From IMG/VR virus record IMGVR_UViG_3300022689_000130, positions 64,001 through 128,000 of that record: 64,000 nucleotides of DNA; one strand, written 5' to 3'. A model generated the notes under the pieces. It had not been told where the DNA came from. It saw nothing but the letters and a program-made list of their open reading frames with translations, and did no database searches. Source of the stretch: a virus. Within the stretch, counting starts at the first letter, position 1. Every line of letters starts with the position of its first letter. Shown here one piece after another: positions 17,722-27,719 of this stretch. Position numbers and translations under genes: made by a program.

Positions 17722-19480
17722 ACTCCTGGTCTGGGCTGAAGCTGGTAAAACCGTTTTCTTTAACTACATAGAGTATGTTATTTACCCTTCCAATAAGCTC
17801 TTCTCTATGCGAGATGAGGAAGATGTTTTTGCTACGGTCTCGGTGCATCTTCTTGAGCACAACAAGGGCACTCTCCACACCGTTTGAGTCCATACCGCTA
17901 TCAATCAGTTCGTCGATAGCCATGAAGTCGATTGGCATGTTGGTGCTCTCGTGCACATCACGAAAAGCCCAGCTAAGTCCGAGGATCAGCCTGTTTCTTT
18001 CTCCTCGGCTCAAATTATCAAAGTCCAACTCACGTCCAAGTTCTGTAATCTCCACTGTGAGGTCGCTCTGAAAGACAACCTCATGTGGCAGACCCAGCTT
18101 GTTGAGATAGTAGTTGAGACGGCTGTTGAGATACTGAAGGTTCTGCTCAATAATGCGCTTGCGAATAAAGCTATCCTTGTTAGTGAGCAGCTTGAGTAGA
18201 AACTCCTGGTGCTCGCGCAAATTATGCAAGTTGTTCATCACTTCCCAGTCAATAGGCTGAATTCCTGTCTTCTCCAAACTTTCAATCTGTTCGGCGTAAG
18301 GGTCTTCTGCTTTTTGCAAGCCGTCCAGCTTGTCTTTCAGTGACGTTAGCTGGCTTTGCTGTTCATACGCTTCTTGCGTCGTTGCGTATTTAGTATCGGG
18401 GATCTGCTCAGGAAGGATGATGTCATCAATTATTTCCTCAAGCTCTTTGATTGCGGCCAAGTCTTCTTCAATGGCTGCTTCAGATTCAGCAATGGCTTTA
18501 CTTTTGGTCTCGATGATTTTGTTGTTTGAATCGTCGTGTAGATCTTGTCCACAGGCATAGCATTTATGTTTACGAGCTGCGTCCAGATCTTCTTCCGCTT
18601 TTTGTTTGCTGCGTCTCTCACGTTGAACATTAGCTTCAAGTTGGGCAGCGGCCTTCCTGGCGTCGGCGAGATCAGACTCAGCACGACGGTAATTATCGAG
18701 CGCCACATGCTGTGCAAGTTCTGTTTCAATGTCCAGGGCTTCAAGTTCAGCAATAGATCTCTGAACTTCATCTGTGTCCTCTGTGTTCTTCTGATTCCAG
18801 ATCCGCTGCCGCCTACGAAGGTCGTCGATGGATTTTTTGATTTGCTCATTCGCGTTCTCAACACCTTTAATGCGATACTCTTCTTCCTTGATCTGATCTT
18901 TTGTGGTCTTGAGAAGTTCTTTAAGCACAACAGCCTTTTCTGATAGTAGCGTGATGCCGAGTAGGTTTTCGATGATGTCACGCTGATCGTTCGCTCGTAG
19001 TGCAAGGAAAGGTTCATTGTAGGTATTTAAGGCAATCAAGTGCTTGAACATGATGTGGTTCATACCAAACACTCGCTCAATCTCTTGCTGGGTAAGGCGC
19101 ATCTCACCCTGGCCTTCGTCAGTCTCTTCGACTGCATTCATATCGTTAACCAAGAACTTGAGCATGTTTGGACTACGGCCACGCTCAATTCTGTAGTGCA
19201 TATCGTTAACACTGAACTCAACTGTTACTAACATACCTTTGTTGTTGGTCTTGTTCACAAGATTCGCTTTTCTAATATTGCTTATGGCATTACCATACAA
19301 TGCATAGCTCAGTGCATTAACAAGCGTTGTTTTACCAACCCCGTTCCTCGATCCATCTCCACCTAGATCAAGATTATTTCCAAGAACTAGTGTTAGACCT
19401 GCATTTTCAAAATTCACAGCTTGTGTCACATTCCCTACGGAGAGGAAATTTTTCATGGTAACATTTTTTATACGAATCAT
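17708..19480 (-). CDS. gp46: recombination endonuclease ATPase subunit (gp46/SbcC/Rad50-like)
   Basis: Walker A NGVGKTT, zinc hook CYAC, signature LSRGE, Walker B IDE. Confidence 0.95.
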   Translation of the reverse strand: MIRIKNVTMKNFLSVGNVTQAVNFENAGLTLVLGNNLDLGGDGSRNGVGKTTLVNALSYALYGNAISNIRKANLVNKTNNKGMLVTVEFSVNDMHYRIERGRSPNMLKFLVNDMNAVEETDEGQGEMRLTQQEIERVFGMNHIMFKHLIALNTYNEPFLALRANDQRDIIENLLGITLLSEKAVVLKELLKTTKDQIKEEEYRIKGVENANEQIKKSIDDLRRRQRIWNQKNTEDTDEVQRSIAELEALDIETELAQHVALDNYRRAESDLADARKAAAQLEANVQRERRSKQKAEEDLDAARKHKCYACGQDLHDDSNNKIIETKSKAIAESEAAIEEDLAAIKELEEIIDDIILPEQIPDTKYATTQEAYEQQSQLTSLKDKLDGLQKAEDPYAEQIESLEKTGIQPIDWEVMNNLHNLREHQEFLLKLLTNKDSFIRKRIIEQNLQYLNSRLNYYLNKLGLPHEVVFQSDLTVEITELGRELDFDNLSRGERNRLILGLSWAFRDVHESTNMPIDFMAIDELIDSGMDSNGVESALVVLKKMHRDRSKNIFLISHREELIGRVNNILYVVKENGFTSFSPDQEFDIE

Positions 19481-19759
19481 TTAGTCGCGGCTGCCTTCAT
19501 CACTACAGAGTTCTTCAATTTCATCAGCCATGCCTTCCATGATCCAGTCTGGCATAGTAGCGGAGCCTTCCATGACGGCTCGTTCAAGCAGAATCATCAT
19601 GGTATCCATGTCCTGCTCCATGAGTTCTTGGATGAGTCCTTGAAATTCGTCGTCAGCTATGAGTGCATCATAATCTTGATCGATGCCAGTTTCAGTTGCA
19701 CGTTCTCTCCATGCAGTAACGCGCTCGTGTAAGTCGTCAATTTTATCTTGGTCAGTCAT
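19481..19759 (-). CDS. acidic hypothetical protein
   Basis: 92-aa ORF abutting gp47 and gp46. Confidence 0.7.
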   Translation of the reverse strand: MTDQDKIDDLHERVTAWRERATETGIDQDYDALIADDEFQGLIQELMEQDMDTMMILLERAVMEGSATMPDWIMEGMADEIEELCSDEGSRD

Positions 19760-20778
19760 TATAAGTCCTTGTATATATCCATCAGCAGCTTCTGGTTGAT
19801 CATCTCGCTTTCAACAGCTTGCAACTGGTTGTATACGATTTGATCAACACTCTCCACGACAAAGTCACCATCTTCAGCAGGATCAAAGCTTAGCTCTTCT
19901 TTCTTCTGAGGTAGCAGTGCCAATTCACGTGGGTTGAACTGCGATACAAATGTTTCCTTGATGAAGTTTGCTTCTTCATAGCTGATAGGCACATCAAGTA
20001 TTGCTCTGCAATATGTTTTGTTGTTTAGGTAGTCCTCAGGGCTGTCAATCAGGTCGCTGAGATTGAGGCGGACGTAACGAGGCCCGTCGTAATTGACGTA
20101 TTTTGGCTCGCCTCCCCATTCGAGGAACATGGCACCACGGTCATCGTCCCATGCGTCCGCATAGTTATGCGCAAAAGGACTACCTAAATAATGGACTTTG
20201 CCGCGGATCTGGCGCTTGTGGAAGTGTCCGCTGAAGACATAGTCCGCAGCCTTAAAATCATCTGCTTTGAGCTCGCCGTGGTCAGGCATTTCTACGATAG
20301 CATTCATCATGAAGTGCGGTAGCTCAAAGTGCCCAAAAACATACTTGCTTTTGAGCTTCTTCATCTTCTTCCACTCATCACCAACGAGCCAGGGCACGAG
20401 TGCAACGTCGCCCTGCTCTACAATGTCGTCGTTGATGATGTGGATGTTGTCAAACATATCGCCAAACGGAAAACTGTTGATCTCGCGCTTTTCGCGGTAG
20501 AACAAGTCGTGGTTGCCGACAAGCATGTATACGTTTTCAAACGCCCGACTCAGGCGGGTGAAGTTACTGGTTGTGTAGTTGAGTGTGGACACGTTAACGC
20601 TAGCGCGATGGTGATGCCAGTCACCCAGGAAGATGCAGGTTTCACAGCCATGTGCTCGGGCTTCTGCAATGAACCAAATGAGGAATTCCTCACAGTCAAT
20701 GTTGTGCTGGCGACTGTTGTTCTTGTTGCCAAAGTGGATGTCAGTGAAACACGCGGCGTGTTTAAATAAGTTTGTCAA
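19759..20778 (-). CDS. gp47: recombination endonuclease nuclease subunit (gp47/SbcD/Mre11-like)
   Basis: TDIHFG, LGDW, GNHD and SGHFH metallophosphoesterase motifs. Confidence 0.95.
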   Translation of the reverse strand: MTNLFKHAACFTDIHFGNKNNSRQHNIDCEEFLIWFIAEARAHGCETCIFLGDWHHHRASVNVSTLNYTTSNFTRLSRAFENVYMLVGNHDLFYREKREINSFPFGDMFDNIHIINDDIVEQGDVALVPWLVGDEWKKMKKLKSKYVFGHFELPHFMMNAIVEMPDHGELKADDFKAADYVFSGHFHKRQIRGKVHYLGSPFAHNYADAWDDDRGAMFLEWGGEPKYVNYDGPRYVRLNLSDLIDSPEDYLNNKTYCRAILDVPISYEEANFIKETFVSQFNPRELALLPQKKEELSFDPAEDGDFVVESVDQIVYNQLQAVESEMINQKLLMDIYKDL

Positions 20779-20814
20779 GAGTGCGACCTCAGTTTATGTA
20801 ATGATAATAACAGC

Positions 20815-21093
20815 TTATGTTCTAGCGGTCAACCGTTCAAGTTCCATCTGGATCTCAGTCTTCATGATCTCCATGAGTTCACTTTCAGCATCGATTCCAT
20901 GATCATCCTGTAAATCAGTGACAGCTTTACTCTGTAACCTAAGCTTTAGTGCACGATCTTCGCCTTGATATTCTGTCGAAAAACAATATTCGTTATATGT
21001 ATCGTTTGATTCTGACAGAGATTTTATGACCACAAAGTCAACTCCGTTAACAGTGGTGCGTAAAAATTCTTCAGATTGTGTTGTATCCTGCAT
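20815..21093 (-). CDS. hypothetical protein
   Basis: Likely start MQDTTQSEEF at 21093, which avoids a long overlap with gp55. Confidence 0.6.
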   Translation of the reverse strand: MQDTTQSEEFLRTTVNGVDFVVIKSLSESNDTYNEYCFSTEYQGEDRALKLRLQSKAVTDLQDDHGIDAESELMEIMKTEIQMELERLTART

Positions 21094-21964
21094 CTTTGAG
21101 TTCCTGACGCTGTTTCTCTTCGTCCTCTTCTCGAGCACGCTGTTGTGCAGCTTCATCGTCCAACTGACGGTTGAAGCTGGGCATATAACCGCCATCTTGT
21201 AACATATCATCGCGAATACTTTGATTGCGCTTTTCAAGATTGAGGACACGAGTAAAACTGTTCGTTATTGTCGCAGTGTAGTAAGCAAATGGATTTTGAC
21301 TACGAGCCTCGTTAAATTTAAGACCAACCTCGCTAAGCTGTAGCAGAGCAGCCCCCTGCATTTCAGAATTGTATGTATACCCGCGCCAGTTGCCCCTCAT
21401 AGCATAACGTTCTACAAGCTTCATCATCATTTTTGCTAGATTTGGTGTTAACCCACCATGTGTGCAGTTGAAGTGACCGTTGTCAAACCCTCCTTCCCAA
21501 TGGCTACGAACAACCTCGCGCCATTCACCATCTAGGAACGCATAATGCTTGAATGGTGGGAAGTTGACTTTGGTATGCAGATCAGCTTCGGTTTTAGGGT
21601 TCTTTTTCCTCTTTGGAGTTTCAGGAATGTGTTCATAAGTCATAACACGAAATACAATATCTTCATCAGAAATTTTTTCAGGATCTACCCGAAAATCTGC
21701 TTGCTTGGGCTTGGTTGATCGTGATCCATTGTCGTCATACCATTTGTTAAGACCGGTTTCGTAGTCAAGGCTGCTAATACGAGCTGCCTGGTTTTCTTTC
21801 GCAGTGCGAATAGTTTTTGGATTGATTTGATCAACTGAGTCAATGATGCAGTCGAATTGATTGTAACGCTCATCTAATGAATAACAGTAACTAAGCTTAC
21901 TGGCATGGATTTCTTTGAGCATATCTTTGTTGTTGAGATAATTGGTGGGTTTTTTACGGGCCAT
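21071..21964 (-). CDS. gp55: sigma factor for late transcription (T4 gp55-like)
   Basis: NYLNNKDML, NWRGYTY..EM and NPFAYYT motifs; upstream of gp47/gp46 as in T4. Confidence 0.85.
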   Translation of the reverse strand: MARKKPTNYLNNKDMLKEIHASKLSYCYSLDERYNQFDCIIDSVDQINPKTIRTAKENQAARISSLDYETGLNKWYDDNGSRSTKPKQADFRVDPEKISDEDIVFRVMTYEHIPETPKRKKNPKTEADLHTKVNFPPFKHYAFLDGEWREVVRSHWEGGFDNGHFNCTHGGLTPNLAKMMMKLVERYAMRGNWRGYTYNSEMQGAALLQLSEVGLKFNEARSQNPFAYYTATITNSFTRVLNLEKRNQSIRDDMLQDGGYMPSFNRQLDDEAAQQRAREEDEEKQRQELKDAGYNTI

Positions 21965-21987
21965 ATATTAGATTCCTATTGTTAATG

Positions 21988-22016
21988 AGTATAGTATTCT
22001 AAATCATTGATGTCAA
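21988..22016 (-). promoter_or_regulatory. sigma70-type promoter for the gp55-gp47-gp46 operon
   Basis: TTGACA-17 nt-TATACT. Confidence 0.8.
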
Positions 22017-22030
22017 GCCGAATTTTTGGT

Positions 22031-22077
22031 TGATAAATATCAAATAGAAGTGTGAAATGCATCACACATATTTATCA
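22031..22077. promoter_or_regulatory. inverted pair of late promoters
   Basis: TGATAAATAT...ATATTTATCA with an internal GTGTGA/TCACAC stem. Confidence 0.7.
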
Positions 22078-22086
22078 GGGATTTTA

Positions 22087-22734
22087 ATGGTAAAAGCAGA
22101 CCAAAGAGCAAGGCTCACGATGAAAACGTTAGGTTCAAACCAATTTGGTTTGAGCAATGCAATTACAGGCGCGACGGCTGGGTATTACCTTCCTCTTGAA
22201 GGACCAGGATTGGCGTTACGTCGAACTAATGGCATTTTGTTCCCTTATACACCTAATATTTCATTTGCACAACAGGTTGAATATAGCAGTTATGAATTAG
22301 TTCACACTAATTATCAACAGAATGCATATGGAAAAACACGTAACCCAAATATTCAAGTCACTGGTTTATTTGCTAGTCAAACTCCAGAGGAAGCAGCTTA
22401 TACAGTTGGCGTAATGCATTTTTTGCGCGTTGTAACAAAAATGAACTTCGGAAACAACGACCAAGATGCAGGAACACCACCACCGGTTCTAGAATTTAGT
22501 GCGTATGGCGCATATAATTTTTACAAGGTCCCAGTGTTAGTTGGTAGTTTCAACTTTGTTTATGAAGACGGTGTTGATTATGTTGAAATAGAAACAAATG
22601 GTGATACTGTGCAAATACCAACTGTTATGACTATTGCTATCGACTTGCTACCGCAGTATTCGCCGGCTAAGCAAAATGAATTCAATATGGCCGAATTTGC
22701 TAGCGGTGAAGGATACAAGAAAGGGTTCATTTAA
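22087..22734 (+). CDS. baseplate/tail-tube initiator (gp48/gp54-type tube-fold protein)
   Basis: GILFPYTP and GTPPPVL.F.AYG motifs; first gene of the baseplate operon; start placed at MVKADQ. Confidence 0.6.
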   Translation: MVKADQRARLTMKTLGSNQFGLSNAITGATAGYYLPLEGPGLALRRTNGILFPYTPNISFAQQVEYSSYELVHTNYQQNAYGKTRNPNIQVTGLFASQTPEEAAYTVGVMHFLRVVTKMNFGNNDQDAGTPPPVLEFSAYGAYNFYKVPVLVGSFNFVYEDGVDYVEIETNGDTVQIPTVMTIAIDLLPQYSPAKQNEFNMAEFASGEGYKKGFI

Positions 22735-23021
22735 TGGCATTTAAAAGAACTAGCAATTTGCGAGCAACTCCAGTAATTGATGGATATTTGGATATCTACA
22801 ATCCTCCGATTATACCAGATTTTAATCAAACTGAAATTGTGGAAATTACACAAAAATATAACCGCCGCCCAGATCTTTTAGCTTACGATTTGTATGGCGA
22901 AGCACGTCTTTGGTGGTTATTCGCGCTCTACAATAAAAATGCAATTGTCGATCCAATAAATGATTTTACAACTGGGACTAGCATTGTGGTCCCACTGCGT
23001 AGCTTCGTGACAGGAATCTAA
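22734..23021 (+). CDS. gp53: baseplate wedge protein (gp53-like, LysM/tail-X-like)
   Basis: RPDLLAYDLYG..RLWW.FA..N motif. Confidence 0.85.
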   Translation: MAFKRTSNLRATPVIDGYLDIYNPPIIPDFNQTEIVEITQKYNRRPDLLAYDLYGEARLWWLFALYNKNAIVDPINDFTTGTSIVVPLRSFVTGI

Positions 23022-25081
23022 TGACCAATTTTCTTTCAAATGCTCTCAATGAATATGAGACGTACACTTACAATATCAAACTTTGGCAAGTAGACCCAAG
23101 AGATTTTGGCCAAGGCGACAATTTAATCAAAACCGAACGAGCGATTTTGATTGCTGATAATGCGCGGCTCGCTGAATACAACATCGTTGATATGGAGCAA
23201 GTATTTACAGTCGGACACGGCCAGGTGCGCGAAGCCTTTGGTAACACTTTTCGTTTAACAGTCAATGAACCCAACGGTGTCACATTGCTCAGCACAATAA
23301 AAGGTGCAAGCATTAACTTAGGAATCAATAATCATTTACAGGCTGGTTATTTAATTGAGGTCGAGTTCAATGGACGGGTTGCAGACGGTACAGCTAAAAA
23401 ATTTCCACAAAAGTTCTACTACACTGGTAAAATTACTGATTTTACATTTCGCATTGATGAAGGTGGCAGCACATACACCATTGAAATTGTCGAACAAAGC
23501 GCAATTGGCTACCAGTATCTTAAAAATCGTGTGCCTGGACAAGTAACCGTGGTGGCGCAAACGGTTGGTGAATTTTTTTCAGAGTTTGAAAGATTGATCA
23601 ACGAAACAATGATTGACCTTTGGGTTGCGAATCCCACTGCCCAGCAATATCCGACACAATATCGATTTGAATTTGATGAAACGACTGAAAGCTGGCGGGA
23701 TTGGCGTTTTCAAGTCTTAGATGAAGCACTCACTGTCAGCGGGATTGAGTTCGTTGGTGCACCAGGGCAAGACCCATCATTGCAGATTAGTGTTCCTAAT
23801 GGCACACAAATGACCACGGTGTTTAGCTATGTATTGCAGCTTACAGAAGAATATAAACGGATACTAGTTGAACAACGGGGATTCAGTCGCGAAGTCTATG
23901 CCCGTAGTCAGCCTAATTCGCGAGTAGATGATGTTGAGTTAGATAGCTTGCCTGTATTCATGAAAGTGCTCAGTAACATTGAGTATGGCGAGTTTGATCT
24001 TTTCGCGCAAGACTACGCTCATAACATTGTATACCGGCTTAAAGCATATACTGTAACTGATCTGGTTCTCGATGCAGACGTTTATTCACGAGGTATTACA
24101 AGTCAAAGCATTCAGAGCCGACGAGTAAGCAATATTGTAGCTGGTGGCTATCTGCGTAAGCGTTATGATTATACGTTTACTGGCCGTAACACAGAAATTC
24201 TCAATTTGGATATGGATTTTAATTATGCTTACTACCAGATTTTGCCGTTCGGAGAAGGTTATTTTGGTGATCCAAGGGTGCAAGGCCCGCGGTTATTGCA
24301 AGACCAGCCAGAAATTCAAGGACGACTGGAGGCTATTGCCAGAGACACGCAAGCCGTTGCAGACGCTCAGCGACAGCTAAACACGTTTCGTAATGAAGGA
24401 CAACCAGAAAATATTATCCAAGCATCTGCAGGAGAACTAGCCAACTTACGGCTCTCCCTTAATCAGACAATTGAAAACGAAACAGCACAATTGCGTGAAC
24501 AATACGGACTCACTGATCAGCAAATCGCAATGCCACTTCGCTGGGTTCAAGATGTTATCGGTGGTCAAGAAACCAATAGTAGTGACAACGATGAAAATAG
24601 TGGTGCATTAAAATTCGGCGGGGTGAGAGTCAACTTGGAAAGCTCGGCCGATTTCCACACAATCGAAATGGAGATACGCGGAGATCCATATTGGATGGGG
24701 AAGCCAAATAGTTTTCGTCAAGCCGAAAATAACGTTGAAGACTTAGCAGATTACGAAGCTGGTTCAATCAATTTCTTCTTGGTCATTAATTTCCCCACGG
24801 CCGAAGAAGACAGTTCAGGAAGGCGAGCGCCCAATCCAGATTATCAACTCAGCGGACTTTATCGCGTCATCAGTGTGATTAATCGTTTTCGTAACGGTCA
24901 GTTCGTGCAATATCTAGAAGCAACACGTGATCTAGGAACAAATATTCAGTCTGCCTGGGAAGCGTTGGCTGGTGATGATAACGTCGCCCGCGCCACGGAA
25001 GATTCAAGGCGGAGAGCTAATCAGCGTGATCTGGCCCAAGAACAGGACGAAAGTTATCGAAGAGCAGCAGGAATTGAATAA
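23021..25081 (+). CDS. baseplate hub protein (gp27/GpD-like)
   Basis: Position before gp5; IRGDPYW and SGLYRVISV.N.F..GQF.Q.L motifs. Confidence 0.65.
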   Translation: MTNFLSNALNEYETYTYNIKLWQVDPRDFGQGDNLIKTERAILIADNARLAEYNIVDMEQVFTVGHGQVREAFGNTFRLTVNEPNGVTLLSTIKGASINLGINNHLQAGYLIEVEFNGRVADGTAKKFPQKFYYTGKITDFTFRIDEGGSTYTIEIVEQSAIGYQYLKNRVPGQVTVVAQTVGEFFSEFERLINETMIDLWVANPTAQQYPTQYRFEFDETTESWRDWRFQVLDEALTVSGIEFVGAPGQDPSLQISVPNGTQMTTVFSYVLQLTEEYKRILVEQRGFSREVYARSQPNSRVDDVELDSLPVFMKVLSNIEYGEFDLFAQDYAHNIVYRLKAYTVTDLVLDADVYSRGITSQSIQSRRVSNIVAGGYLRKRYDYTFTGRNTEILNLDMDFNYAYYQILPFGEGYFGDPRVQGPRLLQDQPEIQGRLEAIARDTQAVADAQRQLNTFRNEGQPENIIQASAGELANLRLSLNQTIENETAQLREQYGLTDQQIAMPLRWVQDVIGGQETNSSDNDENSGALKFGGVRVNLESSADFHTIEMEIRGDPYWMGKPNSFRQAENNVEDLADYEAGSINFFLVINFPTAEEDSSGRRAPNPDYQLSGLYRVISVINRFRNGQFVQYLEATRDLGTNIQSAWEALAGDDNVARATEDSRRRANQRDLAQEQDESYRRAAGIE

Positions 25082-26832
25082 TGGCACTTAATCGTAATAT
25101 TGACAAATATACTAAACAAGTACGCCCAGCCTATAATCAAAATGAAATAGACGGCGGACTTAAGATTCCTACTGGTGTTTACCGTGGCACTGTTGTTGAC
25201 ACAAATGATCCAAACCGTGAGGGACGGGTCAAAGTGCAGGTTGCCCGGTTCTACGGCACATTCACGCCTGGTCAATCAACAGGAACAAATGTGGACCCAG
25301 AAAGCTACAAGGGCGCGATGTGGTGCCGAACGTTGCTATCACAAGGCGGAACCACTCCACCAGCAGAAGGACCAAACGGCACAGTTAGCCAAAACTCATA
25401 TGGTATAACTGGTCAACCTCCTAGTCTTAACAACGAAGTCTTGGTGGCATTTGGAGAAGACTTACACAGTGGTATTGTGCTGGGTGTGCTACCCGACCCA
25501 CAAAAGATTAGAGGCATTAATGGTGCTGGTGTAACTCGGCAAACGGCAAGCGGTGAGACAACTATTGGCCAAGAAATTTCTAGAACTAATTCATCACTTG
25601 ACGATTTACCAGATGAGCACCCGCAAGCAGAAGCCTTGCGTAATCAAGGACTAGATCGTGACCGTATTCGTGGTCAAAATTTTTCAAGTCCTACGCGAGA
25701 TCCTAGTTCGCGTACTATGGGTATGTCTACTCCAGCCGGCCACGCTATTACACTAGACGACGGTAGTCTTGAAGATGGCGATCAGTTAGGTATGCGTCTT
25801 CGCACTGCAGGCGGCGCACAAATACTCATGGATGATACAAATGGTCTTACATATATTATCAACCGCGAGGGTAATGTATGGATCGAAATGAACCGTAACG
25901 GTGATCTTGACATTTACGCTGGCAATTCTATTAATATGCATACACAAGGAGACTTCAACCTTCACTGTGGCGGCAGTTTCAACCTACAAACAGGTAACGA
26001 TATCAATATGAGAGCGTTGGGTGGTATTAAATATCAAGCGGTAGCTGGCCCCTTTGACATCACCAGCGGCGCCAACTTAAACCTCACCGCCGACGGCAAT
26101 GGTAATGTTAGTGTTGCTGGAAATTATCGAGAAACTGCGGCACGTATTGACATGAATGGTCCTGCAGCTGAAGTTGCCGCGCAACCTCAGACAACTCAAC
26201 TTACTGGGAATACCAACGTGACAGAAAGCGTGAGCCGTCGCGTTCCTGAATCAGAGCCATGGGCTGGGCATTTAGATGTTAGTGTGCTTGATACTTCTTC
26301 AGCGAGTGGTGCTGTGGCTCAAGGTGAAAGTGACAGTTACTATTATGGTAGCCCGACCGATTTCAGCAGCTACAATGACCAAACTGGCAGCTTTGACCTT
26401 AACAATTTCCCTCCAAGCACAGGTGGTAATTTTATAAGCTTTACAGGAAATGTAGACCGCCGTATTGATCCAGATTTGCTGAGCAAAGTAGAAGAAGTTG
26501 CTCGGCGATTTGGCAGACCTCTTACAATTACAAGTGGATTTCGTTCACCAAGTTACAACGCAAGGGTTGGCGGGGCTAGACGTAGCCAACACCAATTAGG
26601 CCGCGCTGTAGACATTTCGGGTAGTGGCTTGACGAATCAGGACCGCTTGGATCTTATAGCAATTGCTAGTTCTATTGGCATAAAAGGAATCGGTGTTTAC
26701 AATGGAGGCAGCTTGCATTTTGATAATCGTGATGGGGCAAGAGCAGGATGGGGTAGCGATTACACCAGTCGCAGTATTCCTAGCTATGCAGTCGCCACTC
26801 TCAATAAACATCGAAGTGGAGGATTTGCATGA
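25081..26832 (+). CDS. gp5: baseplate central spike (gp5/Vgr-like) with C-terminal peptidase M15 domain
   Basis: N-terminal G.VVD.NDP...GRVKV OB-fold, beta-helix region, then ITSGFRS...N..VGGA..SQH..GRAVD...LHFD.R. Confidence 0.85.
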   Translation: MALNRNIDKYTKQVRPAYNQNEIDGGLKIPTGVYRGTVVDTNDPNREGRVKVQVARFYGTFTPGQSTGTNVDPESYKGAMWCRTLLSQGGTTPPAEGPNGTVSQNSYGITGQPPSLNNEVLVAFGEDLHSGIVLGVLPDPQKIRGINGAGVTRQTASGETTIGQEISRTNSSLDDLPDEHPQAEALRNQGLDRDRIRGQNFSSPTRDPSSRTMGMSTPAGHAITLDDGSLEDGDQLGMRLRTAGGAQILMDDTNGLTYIINREGNVWIEMNRNGDLDIYAGNSINMHTQGDFNLHCGGSFNLQTGNDINMRALGGIKYQAVAGPFDITSGANLNLTADGNGNVSVAGNYRETAARIDMNGPAAEVAAQPQTTQLTGNTNVTESVSRRVPESEPWAGHLDVSVLDTSSASGAVAQGESDSYYYGSPTDFSSYNDQTGSFDLNNFPPSTGGNFISFTGNVDRRIDPDLLSKVEEVARRFGRPLTITSGFRSPSYNARVGGARRSQHQLGRAVDISGSGLTNQDRLDLIAIASSIGIKGIGVYNGGSLHFDNRDGARAGWGSDYTSRSIPSYAVATLNKHRSGGFA

Positions 26833-27545
26833 CGCAATTACGTTTGGTGGAAGCTGGCCGCCGTATCCAATGGGATACATTTCAAGTTCAAGACGAGTAT
26901 GCAACTCAGTTTCGTATCAATGTGGGTATTGCAATTGTAAGCGAAAGCATGACCGACCTCATGTTAAGTTACAAGACATGGTCGGGTATTCGGTATCTTA
27001 ACGAAGATGGAGAATATGAGATAGGATATGGTGTAGGAGATCCAGATAGTCGTCAAGGCTACACTGAAGAGCAAGCATATGGAGAATGGATTAGTTTTGT
27101 GCGAAATCGACAGCAAAGCCTTCGCAACCAGCTTCCTGTTGTAGCAATCACCCAGGCAGCGTATGACGCATTACTCAGCCTTTACATTGATACTGGCACT
27201 TGGAGAACAGTAGTGGCTGAAGAAGGCACATATGATCTCGCGGATGCTGTAAAAAATTCTAACTGGTTACTTGTTGCAGACATAATTTCACGTGGAATCG
27301 TCAATCCTGATCTGCGCCGCGCCGAAGCAGGCGTTGTGCAGCTTGGCGCTTATCCTACATTCAAAACAAGACGTCAGCAGCGCACACAAGGCGTGCAAGA
27401 ACTGCGTAAGCGTTACATCAACGGACTAACTAACGAATTTGAACGGACTCAGGCTGAGTTCGTTTATTACCGCCAATTGGGAATTTTCTTGCCAGGCATG
27501 AGTCAACTTCGTCAGCGCCGTGTCGTGGCTCAAGCTTTGACTTGA
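26829..27545 (+). CDS. GH24 lysozyme-like structural protein, probably inactive
   Basis: IGYG, TQAAYDALLSL and LRRAEA lysozyme-like motifs; no obvious catalytic Glu. Confidence 0.5.
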   Translation: MTQLRLVEAGRRIQWDTFQVQDEYATQFRINVGIAIVSESMTDLMLSYKTWSGIRYLNEDGEYEIGYGVGDPDSRQGYTEEQAYGEWISFVRNRQQSLRNQLPVVAITQAAYDALLSLYIDTGTWRTVVAEEGTYDLADAVKNSNWLLVADIISRGIVNPDLRRAEAGVVQLGAYPTFKTRRQQRTQGVQELRKRYINGLTNEFERTQAEFVYYRQLGIFLPGMSQLRQRRVVAQALT

Positions 27546-27546
27546 A

Positions 27547-27719
27547 TTATGACACAATCTTTGCTTTGGGGGCAACTGCGGCGACCTCTGCAAGCAGGCT
27601 TTTTTCGTTTTGAAGTTGGAAATCCAGCTACGGAACAGAACGCCGTCCAGCTCAAGGTCAGCAGTCCAAGGCCGGCTCGAAGTCCAGTTGTCTTTGCGAA
27701 TGTGAATGCAAACTTTCAT
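27547..27719 (-). pseudogene. small early gene inserted antisense in the baseplate operon, apparently frameshifted at an A6 run
   Basis: Own promoter/RBS cassette; the -1 frame gives ...SLLAEVAAVAPKAKIVS* ending at 27547. Confidence 0.55.

Noticed and set aside
21094-21249. N-terminal extension of ORF 20815-21249
   Set aside because: It overlaps gp55 extensively; a start at 21093 is more plausible.
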